Shown: one piece after another, positions 32,990-35,943 of the stretch
How the letters are laid out: each line of letters opens with the position of its first letter
How positions within the stretch are numbered: position 1 is the stretch's first letter
Origin: Octopus bimaculoides
Lineage: Eukaryota
NCBI RefSeq assembly: GCF_001194135.2
Contig: NC_068985.1
Location: 46,306,366-46,342,308, forward strand
DNA length: 35,943 nt
Direction of reading: 5' to 3'
Translations under genes and position numbers: made by a program
The notes under the pieces: model-generated
Databases searched by the model: none
Seen by the model: only the letters and a program-made list of their open reading frames with translations
Told to the model about the DNA's origin: nothing

Positions 32990-33187
32990 GGTTGTTCAGC
33001 TTGTTAGAAACAGCAGCCAAACCTCTCTTAAATTATCCCCTACTATGTTGAAAAAACAGAAAGGATACATTTGATAGTGTGGTCTTGGGTTCCCTGCACA
33101 TGAGGAAAAGATGAAAATAGTCATGTCTTGAATGCTTTTGATCGAAGGTCTGCTTGATCACAGTTGGTCAGGGTTAAGCAACAACAA
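32990..33187. mobile_element. Old interspersed repeat family F
   Basis: ttagaaacagcagccaaacctctc...gtcatgtcttgaatgcttttgatcgaaggtctgc; gatttggctgctatt motif also at ~8101, ~16765 and ~35858. Confidence 0.55.
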
Positions 33188-33909
33188 ACAATATTAAGAA
33201 GCCGTAAAGTGATAAGAAATATATTTACTTCATAACTTTTGATGTTTAAAAAACAAAAAAAAAAGGAAAAAAAACTTCCAAAAGAATGCAGAATTCTTTA
33301 TATCAGTTTTTACTTGAAATACCACCTCTCTTACCAAAGTGTAAACAGGTTTCAGAATTGGTCTGTATTGCTATTCTTATAAAGGAAGCCCTCCCACATC
33401 TTTCTCTGCTTCTTCTCATCTCCGCATAGAATACAGTTCAACATTTCCTTCAGTACATACACATCGTTACTGTGATAAAATTCTCAAAACATATTTCAGT
33501 TTTTTTCCGTGTTTCATTTTTTGTTTTTTGCCTTCTTTCTTTCCTCCTCTCACTCACTTCCTCTATCTCTAATTCTGTCTTATGCTTTCTTTTCCTGTTT
33601 CTTCCACTTAGTACTTTGCCTCTTTCTCTTTTCCTTATTTCAATTTATTTATTTTTTTTTTCTTTTATCATCATCTCAATTTGATTATTTGGTGACTGAA
33701 AAATACAGAAAAAGAATTTAAAAGAGAACACGTACAAATACAGATAGAACAACAAGAACCACAAGAATTATTTTTGTTTAAATAGTTACTCTTAATACTT
33801 TTGACATTGTGGTATATTTATTTCTGCCTTCATTTTATTAGCTTCTATTTTATCAAATTATAGCTTTATCTTTCTACATTCCATTTATTATGTACATATC
33901 TATTTGTCT

Positions 33910-34077
33910 GTCTGTTGTGTGTGTGTGTGTGTGTGCATGTAGATGCACACACAGGTATGCATGCACATTACATTAACATGTTCTTTGTACAAATACATTT
34001 ACACTCACAATGCACTAAAAGGCATGTATCTATTATATACGTATGTGTGTGTATGTATACTATATATACATATGTAT

Positions 34078-34129
<52 letters not shown>

Positions 34130-34187
34130 TGCATGCATGCATTTCATTTTACCAATAGTTACGTATTGATTTAACATAGGCTCAAAG

Positions 34188-34229
<42 letters not shown>

Positions 34230-34538
34230 AGTGTTTCTCAGTGTGCATGCATGCATGCATGATTGTAAGGCATCAATCAGTGTGCTGTATCATAAAACAA
34301 ATATAGATACTAGTAATGTACAAGAGTCTATGCACATGTGAGTATTGTATTTGTAATAGGCTTGTTTGCATATGGATATTATGTAGATCTTTCTACACAA
34401 AATTACTTATACACTATAAGCAATTTATCCATATCATTTTCTGGTTATAGAATTTCAGTAAGTATTTAAGCAAATAAATGTCCATATTTCATTTTATACA
34501 TACATACATATTATACATACACACACACACACACACAC

Positions 34539-34589
<51 letters not shown>

Positions 34590-34615
34590 TATATATACAT
34601 ATACACACATATACA
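33910..34615. repeat. Cluster of (GT)n, (TA)n, (CA)n and (ATGC)n microsatellites
   Basis: Direct reading. Confidence 0.9.
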
Positions 34616-34789
34616 TGCCTACTTCCTATTTACTAATGTCACCTAGAAATCTTCAAATTTATTTAATTGCTCTATCTCTACTATTTTACTTCCCTATCTT
34701 GAACGATCTATTACTGAATTATCTGAGCCAATTTGTAAAGTATCCGTATATAAAAAAAATCAAAAAATAAAATTTAAAAAAAACCTTGC

Positions 34790-34980
34790 CATATCCTACC
34801 TGTTTTATGTTTGAAACTGGCCAGATTAGGCCTCATACCTACTCTACAATGTCATTCCAAAAGAATATACAATCATATCATCCAAATCTCAAAGCTACAA
34901 GATAATATATGATCAATTCAAAACAGTGTGAATCAATAAGTATTGAATTTGACAAAGTGATCTGAGTACCAAAGTGTTAA
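34790..34980 (-). mobile_element. Family E MITE copy
   Basis: Reverse complement ttaacactttggtactcagatcactttgtcaaattcaatacttatt matches the start of the 30238 copy. Confidence 0.65.
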
Positions 34981-35814
34981 AGCCACCTAAGAATACTTGC
35001 TGTTGTGTAGCTTCAAGTTGGTCCTGATCAGGTAGATCTGTGGTGCATAAGTAGTTAGTTGACCAAATGACTAGCTTCCACCCACAGATCCATGCTGTTA
35101 AATTTCATGGAGATTTCAACATACAATTGTTAATGGCTTGATGTGCAGTGTCACAATATTATAAACAGTAGAATTCTAAAGCAGTGTGTGCATGTATGTG
35201 TATGTATGCATATATATACGTATATCAGTCGCCATAATAGATCGCTGACCACGACATTTAAATTTTTTTTCTCTTAAAGACTTTCTCTATTCCCGAGCAT
35301 TAAACTAATACATCCTTTTGTTGTTTACACCACCTGTCCTCGTCTGTTGTTGTTTTTTTTCGTAAATTCTCCCATATATATATGTTTGTATTTGTGATTG
35401 TGTACCATTTCTCCGTTTTGTTCATCCTTGTTTTTGTATACATTCACTTCCTTTCTTCTAAAGAATCTAGTGCCCTTAGCTTAGATTTTCTTGGGTCTAG
35501 CCAGATTGGAGCAGTCTTGGGTGTAACTGGCCGAAACTGCAGGGATGATCTGGAACTCAACTGACGATAGAAAGCTCCAAATAACCCGTCCTTGTTTTTT
35601 CCTGTCCTTCTTTGTATTGTCTAACTGTTCGGATGTTTTGTTGTCACCTGTTACATTCATGTTCCATTTTTTTTTATATATCTTAATATATAAAGCTGAA
35701 GTTGTGTGTCTGTGTGAAGCCTTTTTGAAAGTTTATGGAAATCCACATTTTCCACTTTTTTGTAAAAATTTTTACATCAATGGAATTTTCTCGATCTGAA
35801 CTTTCCAGTGCAGT

Positions 35815-35885
35815 AATTAGATCTTTAAAATTCCGTTTACTTTGTGTGATTTAAGGGAGATTTGGCTGTTGTTTCTAGCAACTTT
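35815..35885. mobile_element. Family F fragment
   Basis: gtgatttaagggagatttggctgttgtttctagca. Confidence 0.5.
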
Positions 35886-35943
35886 TATATTTCATCCCTT
35901 CTACCTGGAACGCCATTCTTACACATGCGCTCAACATAAAAAT

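Noticed and set aside
33333-33470. Minus-strand segment with acceptor and donor (NDVYVLKEMLNCILCGDEKKQRKMWEGFLYKNSNTDQF*)
   Set aside because: All frames from the acceptor hit stops before the donor and no family is recognised; insufficient support.
7-34177. ORF-track entries with YIYI, HTHT, CVCV, SLSL, poly-V/L/T
   Set aside because: They are translations of di- and trinucleotide microsatellites.

Overview
AT-rich, repeat-dense eukaryotic DNA with seven assembly gaps (3869-4615, 8620-9263, 11624-11633, 14066-14075, 20174-20301, 23782-23867, 30009-30018). From memory the repeat families match those abundant in Octopus genomes; this is an inference and no search was run. No complete, recognisable host gene is present, and the window reads like a long intron or intergenic tract, probably transcribed on the + strand. 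Content: many microsatellites; at least three tRNA-headed SINE families (B, C, D) plus a (GAT)n-tailed SINE-like family A; hAT-type and TTAA-flanked MITEs; two mariner remnants, one with a 5' TIR and an open transposase N-terminus running into a gap; two minisatellites; and a ~120-bp triple repeat. The ORF track is mostly microsatellite or N-run artefact, and the only recognisable proteins are the mariner fragments. Best leads: (1) a perfect 19-bp hairpin with a GCAA loop in unique sequence at 27770-27813, next to a candidate 12-nt microexon; (2) a probable dimeric SINE with the same junction at two loci; (3) reciprocal SINE/MITE nesting; (4) CpG-biased decay of an inverted SINE pair; (5) a textbook 58-nt intron joining two open frames at 13073-13454. 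All alignments and counts were done by eye.
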